Source: Auanema rhodensis (taxonomy: Eukaryota; Animalia; Nematoda). From it: 64,000 bases of DNA. Positions 11,701-26,400 of the stretch are shown here, in pieces. The stretch spans positions 22,072,001 to 22,136,000 of the forward strand of contig OZ059895.1 in assembly GCA_964057225.1 (NCBI GenBank), read 5' to 3'. The notes beneath the pieces were generated by a model. That model saw nothing but the letters and a program-made list of their open reading frames with translations. It did not search any database and was not told where the DNA came from. A program made the position numbers and the translations under genes. Position 1 is the first letter of the stretch, and every line of letters starts with the position of its first letter.

Positions 11701-14427
11701 ATTAGATTCCCCATGTCTATATTAGTCTAAAAACATATTTTTATTAATACTGGTGCATGGTAACCATGACTTTGAAATTTACGTGAACTTTAATTTATGC
11801 TAATTAAGTGTACACGTGATGTGCACTTGGTATGTAACTCGCTTCACGTGAAAGATAAAGAGATGCGGTTTTCAAAATTAGATTTCCCATGTCCATATTA
11901 GTCTAAACACAAATTTTTATTGATATTGGTGCATGGTAACCATGACTTTGGAATTTACGTGAACTTTAATTTATGCTAATTAAGTGTACACGTGATGTGC
12001 ACTTGGTATGTAACTCGCTTCACGTGAAAGATAAAGAGATGCGGTTTTCAAAATTAGATTCCCCATTTCCATATTAGTCTAAAAACAAATTTTTATTGAT
12101 ATTGGTGCATGGCAACCATGACTTTAAAATTTACGTGAACTTTAATTTATGCTAATTAAGTGTACACATGATGTGCACTTGGTATGTAACTCGTTTCACG
12201 TCAAAGATAAAGAGATGCGGTTTTCAAAATTGGATTCCCCATGTCCATATTAGTCTAAAAACAAATTTTTATTAATATTGGTGCATGGTAACCATGACTT
12301 TGAAATTTACGTGAACTTTAATTTATGCTAATTAAGTGTACACATGATGTGCGCTTGGTATGTAACTCGCTTCACGTGAAAGATAAAGAGATGCGGTTTT
12401 CAAAATTAGATTCCCCATTTCCATATTAGTCTGAAAACAAATTTTTATTGATATTGGTGCATGGCAACCATGACTTTAAAATTTACGTGAACTTTAATTT
12501 ATGCTAATTAAGTGTACACATGATGTGCACTTGGTATGTAACTCGTTTCACGTCAAAGATAAAGAGATGCGGTTTTCAAAATTGGATTCCCCATGTCCAT
12601 ATTAGTCTAAAAACAAATTTTTATTAATATTGGTGCATGGTAACCATGACTTTGAAATTTACGTGAACTTTAATTTATGCTAATTAAGTGTACACATGAT
12701 GTGCACTTGGTATGTAACTCGCTTCACGTGAAAGATGAAGAGATGCGGTTTTCAAAATTAGATTCCCCATGTCCATATTAGTCTAAAAACAAATTTTTAT
12801 TAATATTGGTGCATGGTAACCATGACTTTGAAATTTACGTGAACTTTAATTTATGCTAATTAAGTGTACACATGATGTGCGCTTGGTATGTAACTCGCTT
12901 CACGTGAAAGATAAAGAGATGCGGTTTTCATAATTAGATTCCCCATTTCCATATTAGTCTAAAAACAAATTTTTATTAATATTGGTGCATGGTAACCATG
13001 ACTTTGAAATTTACGTGAACTTTAATTTATGCTAATTAAGTGTACACATGATGTGCGCTTGGTATGTAACTCGCTTCACGTGAAAGATAAAGAGATGCGG
13101 TTTTCAAAATTAGATTCCCCATGTCCATATTAGTCCAAAAACAAATTTTTATTAATATTGGTGCATGGTAACCATGACTTTGACATTTACGTGAACTTTA
13201 ATTTATGCTAATTAAGTGTACACATGATGTGCACTTGGTATGTAACTCGCTTCACGTGAAAGATAAAGAGATGCGGTTCTCAAAATAGATTCCCCATTTC
13301 CATATTAGTCTAAAAACAAATTTTTATTGATATTGGTGCATGGCAACCATGACTTTAAAATTTACGTGAACTTTAATTTATGCTAATTAAGTGTACACAT
13401 GATGTGCACTTGGTATGTAACTCGCTTCACGTGAAAGATAAAGAGTTGCGGTTTTCAAAATTAGATTCCCCATGTCCATATTAGTCTAAAAACAAATTTT
13501 TATTAATATTGGTGCATGGTAACCATGACTTTGAAATTTACGTGAACTTTAATTTATGCTAATTAAGTGTACACATGATGTGCACTTGGTATGTAACTCG
13601 CTTCACGTGAAAGATAAAGAGATGCGGTTTTCAAAATTAGATTCCCCATGTCCATATTAGTCTAAAAACAAATTTTTATTAATATTGGTGCATGGTAACC
13701 ATGACTTTGACATTTACGTGAACTTTAATTTATGCTAATTAAGTGTACACATGATGTGCACTTGGTATGTAACTCGCTTCACGTGAAAGATAAAGAGATG
13801 CGGTTTTCAAAATAGATTCCCCATTTCCATATTAGTCTAAAAACAAATTTTTATTGATATTGGTGCATGGCAACCATGACTTTAAAATTTACGTGAACTT
13901 TAATTTATGCTAATTAAGTGTACACATGATGTGCACTTGGTATGTAACTCGCTTCACGTCAAAGATAAAGAGATGAGGTTTTCAAAATTAGATTCCCCAT
14001 GTCCATATTAGTCTAAAAACAAATTTTTATTAATATTGGTGCATGGTAACCATGACTTTGAAATTTACGTGAACTTTAATTTATGCTAATTAAGTGTACA
14101 CATGATGTGCGCTTGGTATGTAACTCGCTTCACGTGAAAGATAAAGAGATGCGGTTTTCATAATTAGATTCCTCATTTCCATATTAGTCTAAAAACAAAT
14201 TTTTATTAATATTGGTGCATGGTAACCATGACTTTGAAATTTACGTGAACTTTAATTTATGCTAATTAAGTGTACACATGATGTGCACTTGGTATGTAAC
14301 TCGCTTCACGTGAAAGATGAAGAGATGCGGTTTTCAGAATTAGATTCCCCATGTCCATATTAGTCTAAAAACAAATTTTTATTAATATTGGTGCATGGTA
14401 ACCATGACTTTGAAATTTACGTGAACT

Positions 14428-14610
14428 TTAATTTATGCTAATTAAGTGTACACATGATGTGCACTTGGTATGTAACTCGCTTCACGTGAAAGATAAAGAG
14501 ATGCGGTTTTCCAAATTAGATTTCGCATGTCCATATTAGTCTAAAAACAAATTTTTATTGATATTGGTGCATGGTAACCATGACTTTGAAATTTAAAATT
14601 TACGTGAACT
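14428..14610 (+). repeat. 183-bp monomer variant (+7, TTTGAAATTT-AAAATTT-ACGTG); second copy at 20061-20243
   Basis: Monomer starts at 14428 and 14611 are 183 bp apart. The same insertion recurs at 20221. Confidence 0.92.
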
Positions 14611-17600
14611 TTAATTTATGCTAATTAAGTGTACACATGATGTGCACTTGGTATGTAACTCGTTTCACGTCAAAGATAAAGAGATGCGGTTTTCAAAATT
14701 GGATTCCCCATGTCCATATTAGTCTAAAAACAAATTTTTATTAATATTGGTGCATGGTAACCATGACTTTGAAATTTACGTGAACTTTAATTTATGCTAA
14801 TTAAGTGTACACATGATGTGCACTTGGTATGTAACTCGCTACACGTGAAAGATGAAGAGATGCGGTTTTCAAAATTAGATTCCCCATGTCCATATTAGTC
14901 TAAAAACAAATTTTTATTAATATTGGTGCATGGTAACCATGACTTTGAAATTTACGTGAACTTTAATTTATGCTAATTAAGTGTACACATGATGTGCGCT
15001 TGGTATGTAACTCGCTTCACGTGAAAGATAAAGAGATGCGGTTTTCAAAATTAGATTCCCCATGTCCATATTAGTCTAAAAACAAATTTTTATTAATATT
15101 GGTGCATGGTAACCATGACTTTGACATTTACGTGAACTTTAATTTATGCTAATTAAGTGTACACATGATGTGCACTTGGTATGTAACTCGCTTCACGTGA
15201 AAGATAAAGAGATGCGGTTTTCAAAATAGATTCCCCATTTCCATATTAGTCTAAAAACAAATTTTTATTGATATTGGTGCATGGCAACCATGACTTTAAA
15301 ATTTACGTGAACTTTAATTTATGCTAATTAAGTGTACACATGATGTGCACTTGGTATGTAACTCGCTTCACGTCAAAGATAAAGAGATGAGGTTTTCAAA
15401 ATTAGATTCCCCATGTCCATATTAGTCTAAAAACAAATTTTTATTAATATTGGTGCATGGTAACCATGACTTTGAAATTTACGTGAACTTTAATTTATGC
15501 TAATTAAGTGTACACATGATGTGCGCTTGGTATGTAACTCGCTTCACGTGAAAGATAAAGAGATGCGGTTTTCATAATTAGATTCCTCATTTCCATATTA
15601 GTCTAAAAACAAATTTTTATTAATATTGGTGCATGGTAACCATGACTTTGAAATTTACGTGAACTTTAATTTATGCTAATTAAGTGTACACATGATGTGC
15701 ACTCGGTATGTAACTCGCTTCACGTGAAAGATGAAGAGATGCGGTTTTCAAAATTAGATTCCTCATGTCCATATTAGTCTAAAAACGAATTTTTATTGAT
15801 ATTGGTGCATGGTAACCATGACTTTGAAATTTACGTGAACTTTAATTTATGCTTATTAAGTGTACACGTGATGTGCACTTGGTATGTAACTCGCTTCACG
15901 TGAAATATAAAGGGATGCGGTTTTCAAAATTAGATTCCCCATGTCCATATTAGTCTAAAAACAAATTTTTATTAATATTGGTGCATGGTAACCATGACTT
16001 TGAAATTTACGTGAACTTTAATTTATGCTAATTAAGTGTACACATGATGTGCACTTGGTATGTAACTCGCTTCACGTGAAAGATGAAGAGATGCGGTTTT
16101 CAAAATTAGATTCCCCATGTCCATATTAGTCTAAAAACAAATTTTTATTAATATTGGTGCATGGTAACCATGACTTTGAAATTTACGTGAACTTTAATTT
16201 ATGCTAATTAAGTGTACACATGATGTGCGCTTGGTATGTAACTCGCTTCACGTGAAAGATAAAGAGATGCGGTTTTCATAATTAGATTCCCCATTTCCAT
16301 ATTAGTCTAAAAACAAATTTTTATTAATATTGGTGCATGGTAACCATGACTTTGAAATTTACGTGAACTTTAATTTATGCTAATTAAGTGTACACATGAT
16401 GTGCGCTTGGTATGTAACTCGCTTCACGTGAAAGATAAAGAGATGCGGTTTTCAAAATTAGATTCCCCATGTCCATATTAGTCCAAAAACAAATTTTTAT
16501 TAATATTGGTGCATGGTAACCATGACTTTGACATTTACGTGAACTTTAATTTATGCTAATTAAGTGTACACATGATGTGCACTTGGTATGTAACTCGCTT
16601 CACGTGAAAGATAAAGAGATGCGGTTCTCAAAATAGATTCCCCATTTCCATATTAGTCTAAAAACAAATTTTTATTGATATTGGTGCATGGCAACCATGA
16701 CTTTAAAATTTACGTGAACTTTAATTTATGCTAATTAAGTGTACACATGATGTGCACTTGGTATGTAACTCGCTTCACGTGAAAGATAAAGAGATGCGGT
16801 TTTCAAAATTAGATTCCCCATGTCCATATTAGTCTAAAAACAAATTTTTATTAATATTGGTGCATGGTAACCATGACTTTGAAATTTACGTGAACTTTAA
16901 TTTATGCTAATTAAGTGTACACATGATGTGCACTTGGTATGTAACTCGGTTCACGTGAAAGATAAAGAGATGCGGTTTTCAAAATTAGATTCCCCATGTC
17001 CATATTAGTCTAAAAACAAATTTTTATTAATATTGGTGCATGGTAATCATGACTTTGACATTTACGTGAACTTTAATTTATGCTAATTAAGTGTACACAT
17101 GATGTGCACTTGGTATGTAACTCGCTTCACGTGAAAGATAAAGAGATGCGGTTTTCAAAATAGATTCCCCATTTCCATATTAGTCTAAAAACAAATTTTT
17201 ATTGATATTGGTGCATGGCAACCATGACTTTAAAATTTACGTGAACTTTAATTTATGCTAATTAAGTGTACACATGATGTGCACTTGGTATGTAACTCGC
17301 TTCACGTCAAAGATAAAGAGATGAGGTTTTCAAAATTAGATTCCCCATGTCCATATTAGTCTAAAAACAAATTTTTATTAATATTGGTGCATGGTAACCA
17401 TGACTTTGAAATTTACGTGAACTTTAATTTATGCTAATTAAGTGTACACGTGATGTGCACTTGGTATGTAACTCGCTTCACGTGAAAGATAAAGAGATGC
17501 GGTTTTCATAATTAGATTCCTCATTTCCATATTAGTCTAAAAACAAATTTTTATTAATATTGGTGCATGGTAACCATGACTTTGAAATTTACGTGAACTT

Positions 17601-20600
17601 TAATTTATGCTAATTAAGTGTACACATGATGTGCACTTGGTATGTAACTCGCTTCACGTGAAAGATAAAGAGATGCGGTTTTCCAAATTAGATTTCGCAT
17701 GTCCATATTAGTCTAAAAACAAATTTTTATTGATATTGGTGCATGGTAACCATGACTTTGAAATTTACGTGAACTTTAATTTATGCTAATTAAGTGTACA
17801 CATGATGTGCACTCGGTATGTAACTCGCTTCACGTGAAAGATGAAGAGATGCGGTTTTCAAAATTAGATTCCTCATGTCCATATTAGTCTAAAAACGAAT
17901 TTTTATTGATATTGGTGCATGGTAACCATGACTTTGAAATTTACGTGAACTTTAATTTATGCTTATTAAGTGTACACGTGATGTGCACTTGGTATGTAAC
18001 TCGCTTCACGTGAAATATAAAGGGATGCGGTTTTCAAAATTAGATTCCCCATGTCCATATTAGTCTAAAAACAAATTTTTATTAATATTGGTGCATGGTA
18101 ACCATGACTTTGAAATTTACGTGAACTTTAATTTATGCTAATTAAGTGTACACATGATGTGCACTTGGTATGTAACTCGCTTCACGTGAAAGATGAAGAG
18201 ATGCGGTTTTCAAAATTAGATTCCCCATGTCCATATTAGTCTAAAAACAAATTTTTATTAATATTGGTGCATGGTAACCATGACTTTGAAATTTACGTGA
18301 ACTTTAATTTATGCTAATTAAGTGTACACATGATGTGCGCTTGGTATGTAACTCGCTTCACGTGAAAGATAAAGAGATGCGGTTTTCATAATTAGATTCC
18401 CCATTTCCATATTAGTCTAAAAACAAATTTTTATTAATATTGGTGCATGGTAACCATGACTTTGAAATTTACGTGAACTTTAATTTATGCTAATTAAGTG
18501 TACACATGATGTGCGCTTGGTATGTAACTCGCTTCACGTGAAAGATAAAGAGATGCGGTTTTCAAAATTAGATTCCCCATGTCCATATTAGTCCAAAAAC
18601 AAATTTTTATTAATATTGGTGCATGGTAACCATGACTTTGACATTTACGTGAACTTTAATTTATGCTAATTAAGTGTACACATGATGTGCACTTGGTATG
18701 TAACTCGCTTCACGTGAAAGATAAAGAGATGCGGTTCTCAAAATAGATTCCCCATTTCCATATTAGTCTAAAAACAAATTTTTATTGATATTGGTGCATG
18801 GCAACCATGACTTTAAAATTTACGTGAACTTTAATTTATGCTAATTAAGTGTACACATGATGTGCACTTGGTATGTAACTCGCTTCACGTGAAAGATAAA
18901 GAGATGCGGTTTTCATAATTAGATTCCCCATTTCCATATTAGTCTAAAAACAAATTTTTATTAATATTGGTGCATGGTAACCATGACTTTGAAATTTACG
19001 TGAACTTTAATTTATGCTAATTAAGTGTACACATGATGTGCACTTGGTATGTAACTCGCTTCACGTGAAAGATAAAGAGATGCGGTTCTCAAAATAGATT
19101 CCCCATTTCCATATTAGTCTAAAAACAAATTTTTATTGATATTGGTGCATGGCAACCATGACTTTAAAATTTACGTGAACTTTAATTTATGCTAATTAAG
19201 TGTACACATGATGTGCACTTGGTATGTAACTCGCTTCACGTCAAAGATAAAGAGATGCGGTTTTCAAAATTAGATTCCCCATGTCCATATTAGTCTAAAA
19301 ACAAATTTTTATTAATATTGGTGCATGGTAACCATGACTTTGACATTTACGTGAACTTTAATTTATGCTAATTAAGTGTACACATGATGTGCACTTGGTA
19401 TGTAACTCGCTTCACGTGAAAGATAAAGAGATGCGGTTTTCAAAATAGATTCCCCATTTCCATATTAGTCTAAAAACAAATTTTTATTGATATTGGTGCA
19501 TGGCAACCATGACTTTAAAATTTACGTGAACTTTAATTTATGCTAATTAAGTGTACACATGATGTGCACTTGGTATGTAACTCGCTTCACGTCAAAGATA
19601 AAGAGATGAGGTTTTCAAAATTAGATTCCCCATGTCCATATTAGTCTAAAAACAAATTTTTATTAATATTGGTGCATGGTAACCATGACTTTGAAATTTA
19701 CGTGAACTTTAATTTATGCTAATTAAGTGTACACATGATGTGCGCTTGGTATGTAACTCGCTTCACGTGAAAGATAAAGAGATGCGGTTTTCATAATTAG
19801 ATTCCTCATTTCCATATTAGTCTAAAAACAAATTTTTATTAATATTGGTGCATGGTAACCATGACTTTGAAATTTACGTGAACTTTAATTTATGCTAATT
19901 AAGTGTACACATGATGTGCACTTGGTATGTAACTCGCTTCACGTGAAAGATGAAGAGATGCGGTTTTCAGAATTAGATTCCCCATGTCCATATTAGTCTA
20001 AAAACAAATTTTTATTAATATTGGTGCATGGTAACCATGACTTTGAAATTTACGTGAACTTTAATTTATGCTAATTAAGTGTACACATGATGTGCACTTG
20101 GTATGTAACTCGCTTCACGTGAAAGATAAAGAGATGCGGTTTTCCAAATTAGATTTCGCATGTCCATATTAGTCTAAAAACAAATTTTTATTGATATTGG
20201 TGCATGGTAACCATGACTTTGAAATTTAAAATTTACGTGAACTTTAATTTATGCTAATTAAGTGTACACATGATGTGCACTTGGTATGTAACTCGTTTCA
20301 CGTCAAAGATAAAGAGATGCGGTTTTCAAAATTGGATTCCCCATGTCCATATTAGTCTAAAAACAAATTTTTATTAATATTGGTGCATGGTAACCATGAC
20401 TTTGAAATTTACGTGAACTTTAATTTATGCTAATTAAGTGTACACATGATGTGCACTTGGTATGTAACTCGCTACACGTGAAAGATGAAGAGATGCGGTT
20501 TTCAAAATTAGATTCCCCATGTCCATATTAGTCTAAAAACAAATTTTTATTAATATTGGTGCATGGTAACCATGACTTTGAAATTTACGTGAACTTTAAT

Positions 20601-23410
20601 TTATGCTAATTAAGTGTACACATGATGTGCGCTTGGTATGTAACTCGCTTCACGTGAAAGATAAAGAGATGCGGTTTTCAAAATTAGATTCCCCATGTCC
20701 ATATTAGTCTAAAAACAAATTTTTATTAATATTGGTGCATGGTAACCATGACTTTGACATTTACGTGAACTTTAATTTATGCTAATTAAGTGTACACATG
20801 ATGTGCACTTGGTATGTAACTCGCTTCACGTGAAAGATAAAGAGATGCGGTTTTCAAAATAGATTCCCCATTTCCATATTAGTCTAAAAACAAATTTTTA
20901 TTGATATTGGTGCATGGCAACCATGACTTTAAAATTTACGTGAACTTTAATTTATGCTAATTAAGTGTACACATGATGTGCACTTGGTATGTAACTCGCT
21001 TCACGTCAAAGATAAAGAGATGAGGTTTTCAAAATTAGATTCCCCATGTCCATATTAGTCTAAAAACAAATTTTTATTAATATTGGTGCATGGTAACCAT
21101 GACTTTGAAATTTACGTGAACTTTAATTTATGCTAATTAAGTGTACACATGATGTGCGCTTGGTATGTAACTCGCTTCACGTGAAAGATAAAGAGATGCG
21201 GTTTTCATAATTAGATTCCTCATTTCCATATTAGTCTAAAAACAAATTTTTATTAATATTGGTGCATGGTAACCATGACTTTGAAATTTACGTGAACTTT
21301 AATTTATGCTAATTAAGTGTACACATGATGTGCACTTGGTATGTAACTCGCTTCACGTGAAAGATGAAGAGATGCGGTTTTCAGAATTAGATTCCCCATG
21401 TCCATATTAGTCTAAAAACAAATTTTTATTAATATTGGTGCATGGTAACCATGACTTTGAAATTTACGTGAACTTTAATTTATGCTAATTAAGTGTACAC
21501 ATGATGTGCACTTGGTATGTAACTCGCTTCACGTGAAAGATAAAGAGATGCGGTTTTCCAAATTAGATTTCGCATGTCCATATTAGTCTAAAAACAAATT
21601 TTTATTGATATTGGTGCATGGTAACCATGACTTTAAAATTTACGTGAACTTTAATTTATGCTAATTAAGTGTACACATGATGTGCACTCGGTATGTAACT
21701 CGCTTCTCGTGAAAGATGAAGAGATGCGGTTTTCAAAATTAGATTCCTCATGTCCATATTAGTCTAAAAACGAATTTTTATTGATATTGGTGCATGGTAA
21801 CCATGACTTTGAAATTTACGTGAACTTTAATTTATGCTTATTAAGTGTACACGTGATGTGCACTTGGTATGTAACTCGCTTCACGTGAAATATAAAGGGA
21901 TGCGGTTTTCAAAATTAGATTCCCCATGTCCATATTAGTCTAAAAACAAATTTTTATTGATATTGGTGCATGGTAACCATGACTTTAAAATTTACGTGAA
22001 CTTTAATTTATGCTAATTAAGTGTACACATGATGTGCACTTGGTATGTAACTCGCTTCACGTCAAAGATAAAGAGATGCGGTTTTCAAAATTAGATTCCC
22101 CATGTCCATATTAGTCTAAAAACAAATTTTTATTGATATTAGTGCATGGTAACCATGACTTTGAAATTAACGTGAACTTTAATTTATGCTAATTAAGTGT
22201 ACACATGATGTGCACTTGGTATGTAACTCGCTTCACGTCAAAGATAAAGAGATGCGGTTTTCAAAATTAGATTCCCCATGTCCATATTAGTCTAAAAACA
22301 AATTTTTATTAATATTGGTGCATGGTAACCATGACTTTGAAATTTACGTGAACTTTAATTTATGCTAATTAAGTGTACACGTGATGTGCACTTGGTATGT
22401 AACTCGCTTCACGTGAAAGATAAAGAGATGCGGTTTTCAAAATTAGATTCCCCATGTCCATATTAGTCTAAACACAAATTTTTATTGATATTGGTGCATG
22501 GTAACCATGACTTTGAAATTTACGTGAACTTTAATTTATGCTAATTAAGTGTACACGTGACGTGCACTTGGTATGTAACTCGCTTCACGTGAAAGATAAA
22601 GAGATGCGGTTTTCAAAATTAGATTCCCCATTTCCATATTAGTCAAAAAACAAATTTTTATTGATATTGGTGCATGGCAACCATGACTTTAAAATTTACG
22701 TGAACTTTAATTTATGCTAATTAAGTGTACACATGATGTGCACTTGGTATGTAACTCGCTTCACGTCAAAGATAAAGAGATGCGGTTTTCAAAATTAGAA
22801 TCCCCATGTCCATATTAGTCTAAAAACAAATTTTTATTAATATTGGTGCATGGTAACCATGACTTTGAAATTTACGTGAACTTTAATTTATGCTAATTAA
22901 GTGTACACATGATGTGCGCTTGGTATGTAACTCGCTTCACGTGAAAGATAAAGAGATGCGGTTTTCAAAATTAGATTCCCCATGTCCATATTAGTCTAAA
23001 AACAAATTTTTATTAATATTGGTGCATGGTAACCATGACTTTGAAATTTACGTGAACTTTAATTTATGCTAATTAAGTGTACACGTGATGTGCACTTGGT
23101 ATGTAACTCGCTTCACGTGAAAGATAAAGAGATGCGGTTTTCAAAATTAGATTCCCCATGTCCATATTAGTCTAAAAACAAATTTTTATTGATATTGGTG
23201 CATGGTAACCATGACTTTGAAATTTACGTGAACTTTAATTTATGCTAATTAAGTGTACACATGATGTGCACTTGGTATGTAACTCGCTTCACGTCAAAGA
23301 TAAAGAGATGCGGTTTTCAAAATTAGATTCCCCATGTCCATATTAGTCTAAAAACAAATTTTTATTAATATTGGTGCATGGTAACCATGACTTTGAAATT
23401 TACGTGAACT

Positions 23411-26400
23411 TTAATTTATGCTAATTAAGTGTACACATGATGTGCACTTGGTATGTAACTCGCTTCACGTCAAAGATAAAGAGATGCGGTTTTCAAAATT
23501 AGATTCCCCATGACCATATTAGTCTAAAAACCAATTTTTATTAATATTGGTGCATGGTAACCATGACTTTGAAATTTACGTGAACTTTAATTTATGAAGT
23601 GTACACGTGATTTTATTAAGTGTACACGTGATGTGCACTTGGTATGTAACTCGCTTCACGTGAAAGATAAAGAGATGCGGTTTTCAAAATTAGATTCCCC
23701 ATGTCCATATTAGTCTAAAAACAAATTTTTATTAATATTGGTGCATGGTAACCATGACTTTGAAATTTACGTGAATTTTAATTTATGCTAATTAAGTGTA
23801 CACATGATGTGCACTTGGTATGTAACTCGCTTCACGTCAAAGATAAAGAGATGCGGTTTTCAAAATTAGATTCCCCATGACCATATTAGTCTAAAAACCA
23901 ATTTTTATTAATATTGGTGCATGGTAACCATGACTTTGAAATTAACGTGAACTTTAATTTATGAAGTGTACACGTGATTTTATTAAGTGTACACGTGATG
24001 TGCACTTGGTATGTAACTCGCTTCACGTGAAAGATAAAGGGATGCGGTTTTCAAAATTAGATTCCCCATGTCCATATTAGTCTAAAAACCAATTTTTATT
24101 AATATTGGTGCATGGTAACCATGACTTTGAAATTTACGTGAACTTTAATTTATGCTAATTAAGTGTACACATGATGTGCACTTGGTATGTAACTCGCTTC
24201 ACGTGAAAGATGAAGAGATGCGGTTTTCAAAATTAGATTCCCCATGTCCATATTAGTCTAAAAACAAATTTTTATTAATATTGGTGCATGGTAACCATGA
24301 CTTTGAAATTTACGTGAACTTTAATTTATGCTAATTAAGTGTACACATGATGTGCACTTGGTATGTAACTCGCTTCACGTCAAAGATAAAGAGATGCGGT
24401 TTTCAAAATTAGATTCCCCATGACCATATTAGTCTAAAAACCAATTTTTATTAATATTGGTGCATGGTAACCATGACTTTGAAATTTACGTGAACTTTAA
24501 TTTATGAAGTGTACACGTGATTTTATTAAGTGTACACGTGATGTGCACTTGGTATGTAACTCGCTTCACGTGAAAGATAAAGAGATGCGGTTTTCAAAAT
24601 TAGATTCCCCATGTCCATATTAGTCTAAAAACAAATTTTTATTGATATTGGTGCATGGTAACCATGAATTTGAAATTTACGTGAACTTTAATTTATGCTA
24701 ATTAAGTGTACACATGATGTGCACTTGGTATGTAACTCGCTTCACGTCAAAGATAAAGAGATGCGGTTTTCAAAATTAGATTCCCCATGTCCATATTAGT
24801 CTAAAAACAAATTTTTATTAATATTGGTGCATGGTAACCATGACTTTGAAATTTACGTGAATTTTAATTTATGCTAATTAAGTGTACACATGATGTGCAC
24901 TTGGTATGTAACTCGCTTCACGTCAAAGATAAAGAGATGCGGTTTTCAAAATTAGATTCCCCATGACCATATTAGTCTAAAAACCAATTTTTATTAATAT
25001 TGGTGCATGGTAACCATGACTTTGAAATTAACGTGAACTTTAATTTATGAAGTGTACACGTGATTTTATTAAGTGTACACGTGATGTGCACTTGGTATGT
25101 AACTCGCTTCACGTGAAAGATAAAGGGATGCGGTTTTCAAAATTAGATTCCCCATGTCCATATTAGTCTAAAAACCAATTTTTATTAATATTGGTGCATG
25201 GTAACCATGACTTTGAAATTTACGTGAACTTTAATTTATGCTAATTAAGTGTACACATGATGTGCACTTGGTATGTAACTCGCTTCACGTGAAAGATGAA
25301 GAGATGCGGTTTTCAAAATTAGGTTCCTCATGTCCATATTAGTCTAAAAACTAATTTTTATTGATATTGGTGCATGGTAACCATGACTTTGAAATTTACG
25401 TGAACTTTAATTTATGCTTATTAAGTGTACACGTGATGTGCACTTGGTATGTAACTCGCTTCACGTGAAAGATAAAGGGATGCGGTTTTCAAAATTAGAT
25501 TCCCCATGTCCATATTAGTCTAAAAACCAATTTTTATTAATATTGGTGCATGGTAACCATGACTTTGAAATTTACGTGAACTTTAATTTATGCTAATTAA
25601 GTGTACACATGATGTGCACTTGGTATGTAACTCGCTTCACGTGAAAGATAAAGAGATGCGGTTTTCAAAATTAGATTCCCCATGTCCATATTAGTCTAAA
25701 AACAAATTTTTATTGATATTGGTGCATGGTAACCATGAATTTGAAATTAACGTGAACTTTAATTTATGCTAATTAAGTGTACACATGATGTGCACTTGGT
25801 ATGTAACTCGCTTCACGTCAAAGATAAAGAGATGCGGTTTTCAAAATTAGATTTCCCATGTCCATATTAGTCTAAAAACAGATTTTTATTGATATTGGTG
25901 CATGGTAACCATGACTTTGAAATTTACGTGAACTTCAATTTATGCTAATTAAGTGTACACGTGATGTGCACTTGGTATGTAACTCGCTTCACGTGAAAGA
26001 TAAAGAGATGCGGTTTTCAAAATTAGATTCCCCATGTCCATATTAGTCTAAAAACAAATTTTTATTAATATTGGTGCATGGTAACCATGACTTTGAAATT
26101 TACGTGAATTTTAATTTATGCTAATTAAGTGTACACATGATGTGCACTTGGTATGTAACTCGCTTCACGTCAAAGATAAAGAGATGCGGTTTTCAAAATT
26201 AGATTCCCCATGACCATATTAGTCTAAAAACCAATTTTTATTAATATTGGTGCATGGTAACCATGACTTTGAAATTTACGTGAACTTTAATTTATGAAGT
26301 GTACACGTGATTTTATTAAGTGTACACGTGATGTGCACTTGGTATGTAACTCGCTTCACGTGAAAGATAAAGGGATGCGGTTTTCAAAATTAGATTCCCC

